A stretch of 64,000 nucleotides of DNA from Polyangia bacterium (GCA_044222245.1 JBGANQ010000041.1:5234-69233); one strand, 5' to 3'. Shown: positions 8,923-19,700, counted from the first letter of the stretch. The notes: a model not told the origin generated them from the letters alone. Program-made: numbers and translations.

Positions 8923-10790
8923 GAGGCAAGCGACTGGGATTCGGATGCCGGCGCGGCGCGGCGGCGCGCGTCGTCTTTGCCCTCTTGCCGCTGTTTATTG
9001 CGGTCGCGACGGCGCGGGCGGCCGCGCCGCGGCGAGTTGCGGTGCTGGTGGGGGCCAACGCGCCGGCGCTCGGGCGGCAGCCGCTGCGCTACGCCCACCG
9101 CGATGCCGCGCAGCTTGGCCAGGTGCTCTTGCAGGTGGGCGGATTTGCCGCCGCCGACGTCCACGTCTTAAATGATCCGCCGCCGGAAGCGGTGGTGGCG
9201 CTGCTTGAAAAAGAGAGCGCGCAGCTGAGCCAGAGGGACGCCGCGGGCGGCGAGACCCTGCTGTTCTTCTACTACTCTGGCCACGCCGATGCCGAGGCGA
9301 TCTATCCGGGCGGCCTGGCGCTGCCGCTGCAGCGGCTGCGGGCGCTGCTTGGCGACAGCCGGGTGACGGTGCGGGTCGGTCTCATCGATGCCTGCCGCGG
9401 CGGCGGCTGGACGCGCACCAAGGGGCTGTCAGAGGCCGCGGTGTTCGAGCTGCCGGCGGTGCTGAGCAGCGAGGGCACGGTGCTCATCTCCTCCAGCTCC
9501 GGGGTCGAGAACGCCCACGAGTCAGAGCAGCTGCGCGGCTCGTTCTTCAGCCACCACTTCATGGCCGCCCTGCTCGGTGCCGCCGACCAGACCGGCGACG
9601 GCGAGGTCTCGCTCAACGAGGCCTTCGAGTATGCCAAGCAGCTGACCATCCGCGACACCGCCCGTCTGGCCAGCGCGCCGCAGCACCCAAGCTTCGAGGT
9701 GCAGCTGCGCGGGCGCCGCGATCTGGTGCTGTCGCGACTGCGCGCCAGCCTGACCGCGGTGCGCCTGGAGCAGGAGCACGGACCGCTGGAGATCGTGGCG
9801 CTGCAGTCCGGGCAGGTGCTGGCCGAGACCCAGCCCGGGCGGCGCGCGGTGACGCTGGCGCTGCCGCCGGGCCACTACCTGGCGCGGCGGCCGCTACGAA
9901 CCTTGTACAGCGCCGACGAGTTTGACGTGGCGGTGGGCAGCGCAGTGGTCGTCCGCGAGCGCGACCTGCAGCCGATCGCCAACGGCGGCCGCGGCCTGCG
10001 CCCCAAGGGCGGCTACGTCTCGCGGCTGCCGCTGGACGCCACCACCGTTGAGAGTGGAGTGGTCGAGGTGCGCGTCGGCCTGGGCCTCAGCTTCCTCCCC
10101 AGCATCCTGCCGATGAGCCAGAGCCTGCTAGGCGTCATCGCCCTCGACTCAACCAGCCTCACCGAGGAGCCGCATTCGCTCTTTACGACGCAGCTCAACG
10201 CCTACCTGGGCATCACCAGCCGCCTGCAGTGGCTCATCGGCACCGGCGCCTTCGCCTACCGGCTGGGACAGCGCGGCCGACCGGAGCTGGTCCTGTGGGG
10301 CGGGATGGTCGGCTGGGGTCCCAGCAGGGACTTCGGCGGCAACCTGGCCTTCGGATACCGGCTGGGCCTGGGGCTGGACCTCCGCCTGCCGGTTGCCCAG
10401 ACGCAGTCCATCCTGCTCGGCGCCAGCGCCCACAGCAGCGGGCTGGCCTCGCAGGAGTACAGCGTGCTGCCGACCACCTGGCGGGTCAAGCTGGACCTTG
10501 GCTATCGCACCACGGTGGCGCGCAAGGTCACCTTCAACCTGGCCATGGGAGTGGAGCTCAACGCCGTCTATCACGGCCGGCGGCCGGATGCGGACGCCGA
10601 CGGCGAGCAGCTCGACCTGACGCTGCAGGTCGGCTCGGTGCAGGCGCTGGGAATGCGGGCGCTGCCGCTGGTCCAGTTTCACCTGAACCGCTGGCTGAGC
10701 ATCGATGGCTACCTTGCCCTGCAGATGAACCAGCGGAGCGGCGATCTGCGCTCCAGCTTTGCGCTCGGCGCCACCCTGCTGGCGTTCTGA
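8919..10790 (+). CDS. Exported caspase-family (peptidase C14) protease with C-terminal probable outer-membrane beta-barrel
   Basis: Signal-peptide-like N-terminus, catalytic His (YYSGHA) and Cys (IDACRGG), alternating aromatic/hydrophobic beta-strands, terminal Phe. Confidence 0.88.
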   Translation: MRGKRLGFGCRRGAAARVVFALLPLFIAVATARAAAPRRVAVLVGANAPALGRQPLRYAHRDAAQLGQVLLQVGGFAAADVHVLNDPPPEAVVALLEKESAQLSQRDAAGGETLLFFYYSGHADAEAIYPGGLALPLQRLRALLGDSRVTVRVGLIDACRGGGWTRTKGLSEAAVFELPAVLSSEGTVLISSSSGVENAHESEQLRGSFFSHHFMAALLGAADQTGDGEVSLNEAFEYAKQLTIRDTARLASAPQHPSFEVQLRGRRDLVLSRLRASLTAVRLEQEHGPLEIVALQSGQVLAETQPGRRAVTLALPPGHYLARRPLRTLYSADEFDVAVGSAVVVRERDLQPIANGGRGLRPKGGYVSRLPLDATTVESGVVEVRVGLGLSFLPSILPMSQSLLGVIALDSTSLTEEPHSLFTTQLNAYLGITSRLQWLIGTGAFAYRLGQRGRPELVLWGGMVGWGPSRDFGGNLAFGYRLGLGLDLRLPVAQTQSILLGASAHSSGLASQEYSVLPTTWRVKLDLGYRTTVARKVTFNLAMGVELNAVYHGRRPDADADGEQLDLTLQVGSVQALGMRALPLVQFHLNRWLSIDGYLALQMNQRSGDLRSSFALGATLLAF

Positions 10791-10806
10791 GGGAGGGAGC
10801 CACCCT

Positions 10807-11400
10807 ATGAAAAAGATGCCTAAGATGAGAGTGAAGACTCCCACCGCCCGGTCGCCGCGATGGGGGCGATGCTGCGCGGCCGCCCTGGGCGCTGCCGTGG
10901 CGCTGGGCGGCTGCATTCGCTCGGACCTTATCTATCCGGATCTGCCGCCCATCGATCCGCTGGCGACGCCGGTGTACGGAATGGGGCAGATCTGTGTTGT
11001 TCGTCCGCACACCTGGGCGATGGCTCGCACCTCGCTGTTTCGGGATAACGGCAACCTGGTCGGGGCGACGCGCGGCCCGAGCTACTTCTGCTATGCGGCG
11101 CAGCCCGGATTGCACCGCCTAGAGGTGCTCGATGACTCACCGCCGTCGGCGGTGGAGTTTCCGCTGGCGGCGGGACAGCGCCTGTTTTTTCACCACCGGG
11201 TCGGGCTGGCGAATGATCGGCTGAGCCTGATGACCGAGCAAGAGGCACCCGAGCTCCTGGACAAGTGTGATTACAGCCAGCTCCTGGACACTCCCCAGCG
11301 GCTGGTGACCTCCGAGGCGCCGGCGCGTCCGGTGAGCCAGCCGGCAGCGGCGCCGCAGTCCCAGTCTGGCCGCGCCGGCCCGTCTTCCGCGCAGCCATAA
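10807..11400 (+). CDS. Lipoprotein, DUF2846-like
   Basis: Lipobox ALGGC; short beta-rich domain (ICVVRP...GATRGPSYFCY...PGLHRL); gagggag RBS upstream. Confidence 0.65.
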   Translation: MKKMPKMRVKTPTARSPRWGRCCAAALGAAVALGGCIRSDLIYPDLPPIDPLATPVYGMGQICVVRPHTWAMARTSLFRDNGNLVGATRGPSYFCYAAQPGLHRLEVLDDSPPSAVEFPLAAGQRLFFHHRVGLANDRLSLMTEQEAPELLDKCDYSQLLDTPQRLVTSEAPARPVSQPAAAPQSQSGRAGPSSAQP

Positions 11401-11479
11401 TCCGCTAGGCCGGCACTGGCTTGCTCTGGTCAGGACGGCGGCATTGACCTCTTACTTGGCTCCTTAGTACTGTAATTTC

Positions 11480-12649
11480 ATGATGGTGAGCCAGTTTCCT
11501 CATGACGGGTCGCCGGATGCGGCGGCGGCGGGACTTGATCCGCAGCGCCTGGCGCGCGCGGTCGCGCTGTTCACCGCCCAGCAGGCGCGCGGCGACTTCC
11601 CCGGCGGGCAGCTGGCGGTGCGGCGCGGCGGTCGGCTGGCTGCCGATGTGGCGGTGGGTCTGGCCCGCGGCCTGCGCCCCGGTGAGCCCGAGCGCGCCGC
11701 CACGCCGCACACCTTTTTCAACGTCCACTCTGCCAGCAAGCCGCTGGTGGCGCTGGCGGTGGCGGCGCTCGGGGAAGACGGGCGGCTCGCGGTCGAGCTG
11801 CCTGTGGCCCGCTACCTGCCGGAGTTCGCCGGGCGCGGCCGCGATCAGATTACCGTGCTCGATGTGCTGACCCACCGCGCCGGGGTGCCGATGCCCGAGC
11901 TCATCAGCCACCCCGAGCGCTGGGGCGATCCCGCGGCGGTGCGCGCCGCGCTGGCGGCGGCGACGCCCCGCTACCCGCGTGGCACCCTGGCCTACTTGCC
12001 GGTGGAGTTTGGCTGGATCCTGGCCGAGATTGTGCATCGCATCACCGGCCAGCGCTTCGATGACTTTCTGCGCCAGCGGCTGCTCTTGCCGGCGGGCCTG
12101 CGCGGGCTCGCCTTCACCGCCACCGCCGAGGAGCTCGCCGCCGCGGCGCGCTGCTACTGGGTCGGCAGCAAGACGGCGCTGCTGCACGGGGTCGATCTGC
12201 GCGAGCAGTTCGAGAAGACCTGGAACGACCCGGCGACGCTCGCCGCGCCGGCCCCCGGAGCCAGCCTGCTCACCGATGCGGCGCACCTTGCGGCGCTGTA
12301 CGAGCTGCTGCTGCGCGGCGGGTTGACCGCCGATGGCCAGCGGCTGCTGCGGGAAGAGACGGTGGCCGCCTACACCAGCCGGGCGGCGTTTGGCTTTGAC
12401 CGCGCCAACCGGGTGCCGCTGGCCGTGGCGCGCGGATTTCTGACCGGCACCCCATGGCCCAGCATCTACGGGCTGTGGGGCAGCTCGGGCTGCTTTGGTC
12501 ACGCCGGCGGCTTCTCGACCCTGGCCTTCGCCGACCGCGTCACGGGCCTCGCCGCCGCCGTGGTGACCAACGGCAACGCGGGCGCCGGCGACTTTTTCCG
12601 CCGCTTCCGTCCGCTGGCCGAGGCGCTGCGCCGCGCCGCCGTGCGCTGA
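11480..12649 (+). CDS. Serine hydrolase, beta-lactamase/penicillin-binding protein-like family
   Basis: SxxK (HSASKP), LTHRAG, FGHAG motifs. Confidence 0.9.
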   Translation: MMVSQFPHDGSPDAAAAGLDPQRLARAVALFTAQQARGDFPGGQLAVRRGGRLAADVAVGLARGLRPGEPERAATPHTFFNVHSASKPLVALAVAALGEDGRLAVELPVARYLPEFAGRGRDQITVLDVLTHRAGVPMPELISHPERWGDPAAVRAALAAATPRYPRGTLAYLPVEFGWILAEIVHRITGQRFDDFLRQRLLLPAGLRGLAFTATAEELAAAARCYWVGSKTALLHGVDLREQFEKTWNDPATLAAPAPGASLLTDAAHLAALYELLLRGGLTADGQRLLREETVAAYTSRAAFGFDRANRVPLAVARGFLTGTPWPSIYGLWGSSGCFGHAGGFSTLAFADRVTGLAAAVVTNGNAGAGDFFRRFRPLAEALRRAAVR

Positions 12650-12665
12650 GCCGCCGCCCCTTCTG

Positions 12666-13724
12666 TTAGGGCGCCGCAGCGCGCATCGCCAGCACTTCCG
12701 CGACCGCGCTTACGACCGCCTCGGGGGCCTCAAAGGGAATCATGTGTCCGCTTTTGGCCAGGACCTGACGGCCGCGGGTGGACAGCCGCGCCAGCTGCGG
12801 CTGCAGCTCGTGGACCCACAGGCGGTTCCACTGCTGCTTCATGTGCTCGGGCCCGCCGTTGGGAGTAAAGTCCTCTGCGGTCAGTACGATAAGCGGCAGG
12901 CTGCCCAGCCCCTTGCCGGCGCGCATCGCGTCGCAGGTCGGCGTCACCCCGGCCAGCTCTGCCACCGACGCCGGATACCAGGTCGGCCGGTTCAGCAGAT
13001 AGATCGCCTCGGCCACCACCTGCGGACCCAGGTTGAAGTCCTGCTGCTTGGCCGCCTGCCCAAGCTGCCAGCGCAGCACGCCGCTCCAGATGAGCAGCCG
13101 GATCACCGGCTGCAGCCGCTGGGCCTGCCGCAGCTCGGCCGCCGCCTCGGCCCGCCAGTCTCGGCCGAGCGTCGCCATGAAGCGCTCGTCCATGTACTCT
13201 GAAGAGGAGTCGACCAGCACCGCGGCGGCGATCTCCGCGGGAAAGCGCTCGTAGTACGCGCGAATCAGGTAGCCGCCATTGGAGTGCCCGACCAGGACAT
13301 AGGGCCCCGGCTCCTGCGCGCGCTGCAGCAAGAGCTGCAGCTCTGCGGCCAGGAGCGCCGCCGGGCGCGGGGTCAGCGTCGGCTCCGGCTCGCTGTAGCC
13401 GAGCCCGGCGCGGTCATAGGAACAGACGCGGTGGTGGCGGGCCAGCTCGGTCTGTACCCGCACCCAGCCAAGCGCCGGCATGCCAAAGCCGGTGTCGAGA
13501 ACCACCGTCGGCTGCCCCTGACCCGTGCAGTGCAGGTGCAGCTTGTGGCCGGCCACTTCATAGAGCTTTCCCGGCGGCTGAAAGCGTCGCCGATCGCGGG
13601 CATTGCACAGCGCGTTCCAGGTGGCCGCGATCAAGAGTAACCCGAGCGCTAGCGCGAGCAGCGCGCCAAGGCCAAGCAACCCGGCGCGCGCGAGCCGCCG
13701 GAGGGACCAACCTGAGCTCTTCAT
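12666..13724 (-). CDS. Alpha/beta hydrolase with N-terminal membrane anchor
   Basis: GHSNGG nucleophile elbow, YDRAGLGYS, SGHMIPFEAPEAV; start set at MKSSG (13724) rather than the ORF-track start 14051, which overlaps tgt. Confidence 0.88.
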   Translation of the reverse strand: MKSSGWSLRRLARAGLLGLGALLALALGLLLIAATWNALCNARDRRRFQPPGKLYEVAGHKLHLHCTGQGQPTVVLDTGFGMPALGWVRVQTELARHHRVCSYDRAGLGYSEPEPTLTPRPAALLAAELQLLLQRAQEPGPYVLVGHSNGGYLIRAYYERFPAEIAAAVLVDSSSEYMDERFMATLGRDWRAEAAAELRQAQRLQPVIRLLIWSGVLRWQLGQAAKQQDFNLGPQVVAEAIYLLNRPTWYPASVAELAGVTPTCDAMRAGKGLGSLPLIVLTAEDFTPNGGPEHMKQQWNRLWVHELQPQLARLSTRGRQVLAKSGHMIPFEAPEAVVSAVAEVLAMRAAAP

Positions 13725-13792
13725 ACCTGCAAGACGCCGCCGGCGCCTGGAGGTCGCACAAAATTTAACGCAGCGCCAGTCCGCGCCTGGCG

Positions 13793-14959
13793 CTACAGGC
13801 CGGCGCTGGCTTGCGCCCCGGCGCTGCCGTGCCGTCGGTCGCTGTGCTCGTGGCGATCGATCGCCTCCAGCTTGGCGCGGGCAAAGGCAGCGTAGGTCCC
13901 GGCCTCGATCGCCGCCCGCGCCTCGGCCATCAGGCAGTGGTAGTGGTGCAGGTTGTGCTTGGCGACCAGCCGCGGCCCGAGCGGCTCGCGGCACTTGAAC
14001 AGGTGGTGGAGGTAGGCGCGGCTGAAGCTCGTGCAGGTGCTGCAGCTGCACGCCGGGTCCAGCGAGTCGTCGACCGCGGCGTTGGCCTGGCGCAGCAGCC
14101 GCACCCGGCCGGTGGAGGTGAAGGCGGTGCTCTGCCAGGCGAAGTTGGTCGGCAGGATGCAGTCGAACATGTCGACGCCGGCGCCGATCGCCGCCAGCAG
14201 ATCGGGCGGGGTGCCGACGCCCATCAGGTAGCGCGGGCGATCGGCGGGCAGAAGCTCGGCCGCCAGCGCCGTCATGTCTTCGCGCTCGCCGCGTCCCTCG
14301 CCCACCGCCAGGCCGCCGATGGCGAAGCCGTCAAAGGGGTGGCTGGTGAGAAACGCCGCGGACTCGCGGCGCAGCTCGGGAATCACCCCGCCCTGCACGA
14401 TCGCGAACAGCGACTGCGCGGGATTCTGGCGCGCCGCCAAGCTGCGCAGCGCCCAGCGGTGGGTGCGCTCCATCGCGGCGCGCGTCGCCGCCAGATCCGA
14501 GGTCGAGTCGATGCACTCATCGAGCACCATCATGATGTCCGAGCCGATGGCGGTCTGCACCTCGATCGAGCGCTCGGGAGACAAAAGGTGCACCCGCTGA
14601 TCGACATAGCTGCGGAAGCGCGCCCCCTGCTCGGTGATCGTCCGCTGTCCGGGCAGCGAGAAGATCTGAAATCCTCCCGAGTCGGTGAGCACCGGTCCCG
14701 ACCAGCCCATGAACTTGTGAATGCCGCCGACCCGGCGGAATAGCTCGGGTCCCGGGCGCAGCATCAGGTGATAGGTGTTGCCAAGGACTACCTGGACGCC
14801 GATCTCGGCCAGGTCGGGCGGACCAAAGCCGGTGACGGTCGCGCGCGTGCCGACGGCCATGAACACCGGCGTCTCGACCCGACCATGCGGCGTGAGCAGC
14901 GTGCCGCGGCGCGCCCGGGAGCCGGGATCCCGGGCAAGTACAGTAAACGGTAGGGTCAT
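13793..14959 (-). CDS. tgt: Queuine tRNA-ribosyltransferase (tRNA-guanine transglycosylase)
   Basis: TPVFMAVGT, NTYHL, TDSGGFQ, DEC, GGLAVGE, YLMGVG, DMFDC, zinc site CSCSTC...H. Confidence 0.95.
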   Translation of the reverse strand: MTLPFTVLARDPGSRARRGTLLTPHGRVETPVFMAVGTRATVTGFGPPDLAEIGVQVVLGNTYHLMLRPGPELFRRVGGIHKFMGWSGPVLTDSGGFQIFSLPGQRTITEQGARFRSYVDQRVHLLSPERSIEVQTAIGSDIMMVLDECIDSTSDLAATRAAMERTHRWALRSLAARQNPAQSLFAIVQGGVIPELRRESAAFLTSHPFDGFAIGGLAVGEGRGEREDMTALAAELLPADRPRYLMGVGTPPDLLAAIGAGVDMFDCILPTNFAWQSTAFTSTGRVRLLRQANAAVDDSLDPACSCSTCTSFSRAYLHHLFKCREPLGPRLVAKHNLHHYHCLMAEARAAIEAGTYAAFARAKLEAIDRHEHSDRRHGSAGAQASAGL

Positions 14960-15025
14960 CGGCGGCGAGTCTAGCCCAAGTCCGGGTCGAGGTGAAACCC
15001 CAGGGGGCGCGTGTATACTTTCGGC

Positions 15026-15394
15026 ATGAGCTTCCTTGGCAACATCCTGTGGCTGATCTTTGGCGGCTTCTTTGCAGGGTGCGGATATATCCTGGGCGGC
15101 ATCGCCCTGTGCCTTACTATCGTCGGCATTCCTTTTGGGCTTGTGGCCATCCGCATCGGCTTTGCCACCTTCGCCCCGTTTGGCAAAAAGATCGTCGAGG
15201 GACCCGACGCCAACAGCACCCTGCGGGTGATCTTCAACCTGATCTGGATTGTGCTATTTGGCTGGGAGATCGCCATGGCCCACCTGGCCTCGGCGATCGT
15301 CTGCGCGGTGACGATCATCGGCATTCCCTTCGCGGTCCAGCACCTAAAGCTCATTCCTCTTTCGCTTCTGCCGTTCGGACGCGAGCTGCGCTAA
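15026..15394 (+). CDS. YccF domain inner-membrane protein
   Basis: Duplicated motif LGNILWLIFGG...TIVGIPFG / FNLIWIVLFGW...TIIGIPFA...LPFG. Confidence 0.9.
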   Translation: MSFLGNILWLIFGGFFAGCGYILGGIALCLTIVGIPFGLVAIRIGFATFAPFGKKIVEGPDANSTLRVIFNLIWIVLFGWEIAMAHLASAIVCAVTIIGIPFAVQHLKLIPLSLLPFGRELR

Positions 15395-15419
15395 ACGACC
15401 GTGGCGCGGCCGCCCTCCG

Positions 15420-16664
15420 CTAAGACGCCAGCTCGGCCAAGGGGACGCTGAGGTCGGCCAGGCGCGCGGGATCGAGGGCGGCGCGGCTACCGACCAGGCG
15501 CCGGGCGATGCCGAAGTCGGCCGGCTTGCCGATGACATCGGCGGCCTGGATGCGGCCCTCCTTGAGGTAGAAGGCGACAAGCTCCTTGCCATCCGCCGAC
15601 TGACGGGTGATGCAGCAGTCGTGGCCGGCGGACAGGCCGACCATCTGCAGCTTGAAGCCGTACTGCTCGGACCAGAACCAGGGGACGCTGGTCGAAGCCT
15701 CCGGCTGGCCCAGCAGGGTGGCGGCGGCGAGCCGGGCCTGCTCCATGGCGTTTGGCACCGACTCCAGGCGGACGCGGCCGCCGGTGTGCGAGCTCGGCTG
15801 GCTGGTGCAGTCGCCGATGGCGAGGATGTCCGGGTCGCTGGTCCGCGCGTACTCGTCTACGACGATGCCGTTTTCCACCGCAAGGCTGGCGGCGCTGGCG
15901 AGCTCGCTGTTGGGAACGATGCCGATGCCGACCAGGATCAGGTCGGCGGCGAGGCGCTCGGGGCCGCTCGGGCCCGCGGTCACCACCGCGCGCACCCGGC
16001 GCCGCTCGGGGTCGAGCTCGAGCTCGCTGACCTGGGTCGCCAGCCGGAAGCCGACCCCGTGCGCGCGATGGGTCTTTTCGATGAAGGCAGCGACCTCGGC
16101 GCCCGTCACCCGGGCGAGCAGGCGCGGCAGAGCCTCGACCACCGTGACCGTCAGCCCGAGCTGCACCGCCGCCGCCGCCACCTCCAGGCCGATGTAGCCG
16201 CCGCCGACGACCACCAGGTGACGTCCGGGCAGAAGCTGGCTGCGCAGCGCCTCGGCATCGTCCAGCGTGCGCAGGCACAAAAGGTTCTCAAGGCGCGCGA
16301 GCTCGACCCCGGCAAGGCTCAGCTGGCGCGGCCGGCTGCCGGTGGCCAGCACCAGCTTGTCGTAGGCTAGCGGCGCTCCCGCGGCCAGCGTCAGCTCCTT
16401 CTGGCTGCGGTCGATGGCCACCACGCGCGTCGCCGGTCGCAGCTCGATGCTCGCCTGCTCGTAAGCGGTCTGCGGGCGGAAGCCGAGCTGCGCCTGGCTC
16501 GTCTTGCCGAGCAGGAAGCCCTTGGACAGCGGCGGCCGCTGGTAGGGCAGGTGGGGCTCCTCGCCGACAAGGACGATGCGGCCGGCGTGGCCGCGCTTGC
16601 GCAGGGTGTTTGCAAGCTCGCTCCCGGCGTGCCCGGCCCCGACGATGACGATCGGCAGATTCAT
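15420..16664 (-). CDS. FAD/NAD(H)-dependent ferredoxin reductase (putidaredoxin reductase-like)
   Basis: VIVGAGHAG, PYQRPPLSK, VVGGGYIGLE, TSDPDILAIGD, RLESVPNA, PWFWSEQY. Confidence 0.92.
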   Translation of the reverse strand: MNLPIVIVGAGHAGSELANTLRKRGHAGRIVLVGEEPHLPYQRPPLSKGFLLGKTSQAQLGFRPQTAYEQASIELRPATRVVAIDRSQKELTLAAGAPLAYDKLVLATGSRPRQLSLAGVELARLENLLCLRTLDDAEALRSQLLPGRHLVVVGGGYIGLEVAAAAVQLGLTVTVVEALPRLLARVTGAEVAAFIEKTHRAHGVGFRLATQVSELELDPERRRVRAVVTAGPSGPERLAADLILVGIGIVPNSELASAASLAVENGIVVDEYARTSDPDILAIGDCTSQPSSHTGGRVRLESVPNAMEQARLAAATLLGQPEASTSVPWFWSEQYGFKLQMVGLSAGHDCCITRQSADGKELVAFYLKEGRIQAADVIGKPADFGIARRLVGSRAALDPARLADLSVPLAELAS

Positions 16665-16779
16665 CTCTTTTTTGGTCCTTACCTGGGTGACCCGCGTGGA
16701 GGCGCGGGCGGAGTAAAGATGCTTGAATCGCCACAAGAGTCAATGCGGTCGCGGCGCGGCCGGGGCGCCGGTCAGCGGC

Positions 16780-19700
16780 TCAGCGCGGCCGCTCGGCGAC
16801 CGCCCCGCAGCGGGCGAGCAGCCGCTCGGCAGCGTCGAGGTGCAGGCGCGGCTCGGGCCTTTCGCGGGCCGGCAGCGCCGCGGTGCTCGCGAGGCGGCCG
16901 ATGGCCAGGTGGGCCAGCGCCTGATCGTAGGGCAGGCCGTGCGACTGCGCGGCCCGCAGGGCGCGGCGCAGCCACTTGAGGGCCAGCGGCCAGTGACCCT
17001 GCAGCTCCGCAAAACGGGCCTGGCACAGCGCGGCGCGGGCGGTGCCGATGGGCACAAGGCGGGCGTAGCGGTGCAGACCCGGCAGCGCCTGCTGCACCAC
17101 CTGCAACAGCTCGCGGCGGCGGGCGGCGGGCGCGGCGTCCGCCGCCAGCTCGAGGTAGGTCGTGACGACGCCGAAGTAGCCTTCGAGCGCGCCGTGGCCG
17201 GTCTGCGCGGTGGCGCGGATCTCGTGCAGCGCCGCCTCCGCCAGCTGCTGCGCGGTGCTCCGCTCGCCCTGCTGCAGGGCGACCCAGGCGCGCTGCCCGG
17301 CGACGAAGATGCGCGCGGTCTTGGCCTGATCCAGCTGCGCCAGCGCGTGCGCCGCATCCAGCTGCCGCCGCGCCTGGGCCCAGGCTCCGCGGCGCAGCAG
17401 GACGCTGCCGAGCGTGCCGAGCGCCCACACCTCATACTGCGGGAAGCCGTCGCGCTGCGCCTCGCCAAGGAGCGCCGTGGCGTCGGCCTCGGCGGCCGCG
17501 TACTCCGCCTGCCAGTAGGCGACCGTGGCGCGCTGCAGCAGACAGAACAAGTAAAGGGGAGAGTTGCCCAGCGTGCGCGCCAGCACCATCGCCTTGTCGT
17601 AGCGCAGCCGCGCCGGACCCCACTCTCCGGTCATCAGGTGCAGCGCCGCGGTGATGCGGTGCAGCTCGAGCTCCGCCTTGGCATCGCGCAGGCCGCCAAG
17701 GCGCGCCTCGGCCATCGCCAGGTAGCGCTCGCGCAGCGCCGGCAGCCCGAGCACCGCGCCGAGGAAGCCCATCACCGCGTAGAGCATCACGAGCGCCGGC
17801 GCATCGTCGAGCTCCTCGGCCAGGTTGACGCTGAGCAGGGTGCCGAGCAGGACCTTTTCCTGCTCGCCGGTCCAGGCGTACATCTCCCCCGAGCCGAGGA
17901 TCACCTGGAGCAGCTCGTGCAGGAGCTGCCGTCTCTCACCGGAGGGTAGCGCCGACAGGGCGCCGGCTGGCCGCAGCCGGTGCCACAGCTGCCGCGCCGA
18001 CTGACCGAGCAGCGCCGCGCCCAGGCGCAGCCCGGTCGGCGGCAGCGGCGCCCCGAGCAGCGCCAGGGCGCTCTCCATGAGCGGCAGGCTGTCGCCGATG
18101 CGGCCAAGCCCCCACAGCGCGCTCGCCAGCAGGCGCAGCACGCGGGCGCGCTCCAGGGGCGGCGGGTCCAGGCGCGCGTGCAGCTCGCGCGCCTTGGTCA
18201 ACAGCGCCACCGCCTCGGTGAGCGCGCCGGCCTGCAGCGCCTCGGCGCCGGCCAGCGCGGCGTAGTGGGCGCAGCGGGCCGGGTCGGCTGCCTGCGCGAA
18301 ATGGTAGGCCAGCTGGGCGGCGTGTCCGGGCTCGCTGCCGTAGACCTGCTCCAGGGCGCCGGCGAGCTGGCGGTGCAGCTCCTGCCGCGCCTCGGCCGTG
18401 AGGTCGGCGAGCAGCCGCTCGCGCAGGCGGTCGTGGGCGAAGCGCCAGCTGCCGTCCTCGACCTCGAGCACCGCCACCGCGGCGGCGGCCATAAGGAGCG
18501 CCAAGAGCCCCGGCTCGGGTGCCGGCACCAGCACCTGCAGCACCCGCAGGTCCAGGCGGGTGCCGAGCGCCGCGGCCAGGCGCAGCAGCGGGCGCGCCGG
18601 CTCGGGCACGCGCTCGAGCCGCTGCCGCAGTACCTCCTTCATGCCGCCCCAGGCGGCGATGATCTGCGCCGCCGGCAGGTCGTGCTGGCCAACGGCGGCC
18701 AGGCGCCCTGCGGAGTCCGCGAGCACGCGCACCGCCTCGATGACGAAGTGCGGGTTGCCGGCCGTCTCCTGCAAGAGCAGCGCGGTAAGCTCGGCGTTGT
18801 CGGCCGCCGACCCGACGATGGCCCGCGTGAGCTCGCCGACTCCCTCGGCGTTGAGGCGCGCCAGGGGCAGCACGGTGAGCTGCGGCAGCTCGCCCGGCAG
18901 CAGCGGCCGCTCATCGCTGCGGTAGCTGCCGACGAGCAGCAGCGGCCGCCCGCCGAGCGCGCCGGCGATGCGGCGCAGCAGCGCCAGGCTCTCGCTGTCG
19001 GCCCACTGCAGATCCTCCAGCACGAGCAGCGTCGGCTGCGCGACCTGCAGCAGCAGCCCCTCGGCGACCGCGCGCAGCCGGCTCTGCGTCGCCTGAGCGT
19101 CCAGGACCGGCGCCTCGGGGATCGCCCGCCCGAGCAGTGCTGGCAGCTCGGGCAGCACCGTCTTGAGCACCCCCGCCGCCAGATCCGACAGCTCGCTATA
19201 CAGGGCCAGGTGCCGCAGCACGCTGATAAACAGCTGCAGCGGCTGGCCGCCGGCCGCCACCGCCTGACCGCGCACCACCAGCATGCCGGCCACCAGCGCC
19301 GCGGCGCGCGCCTCGGCGAGCAGCCGCGACTTGCCGACGCCGCTCTCGCCGGCAAGCAGGAAGCCGCTGCCGCGACCCGCGACCGCTTCGCCGATGGCCG
19401 CTAGCAGGCGCGCCACCTCGGCGTCGCGACCGACCAGCCGCGAGGCGCGCAGGAAGCTCTCGCGCAGCTGCGCCGTCTCGACCGCCAGCGGCTCGTCGAG
19501 CAGCTGGTTCAGATCCAAAAGTACGGTCGCCGCATCCTGGTAGCGCTGCGCCGGGTTGCGCGCCAGCAGCCGGCGCAGGAGCGCCTGCAGCGGCGGCTCC
19601 AGCACCTGCAGCCGGGCCTCGAAGCGCGCCACCTGCGAGTCGCTTGGTTCGTGCTCGTCCTCGTCGACGTGCGGCACCGAGTTGAACATCTCGGCGAGGT

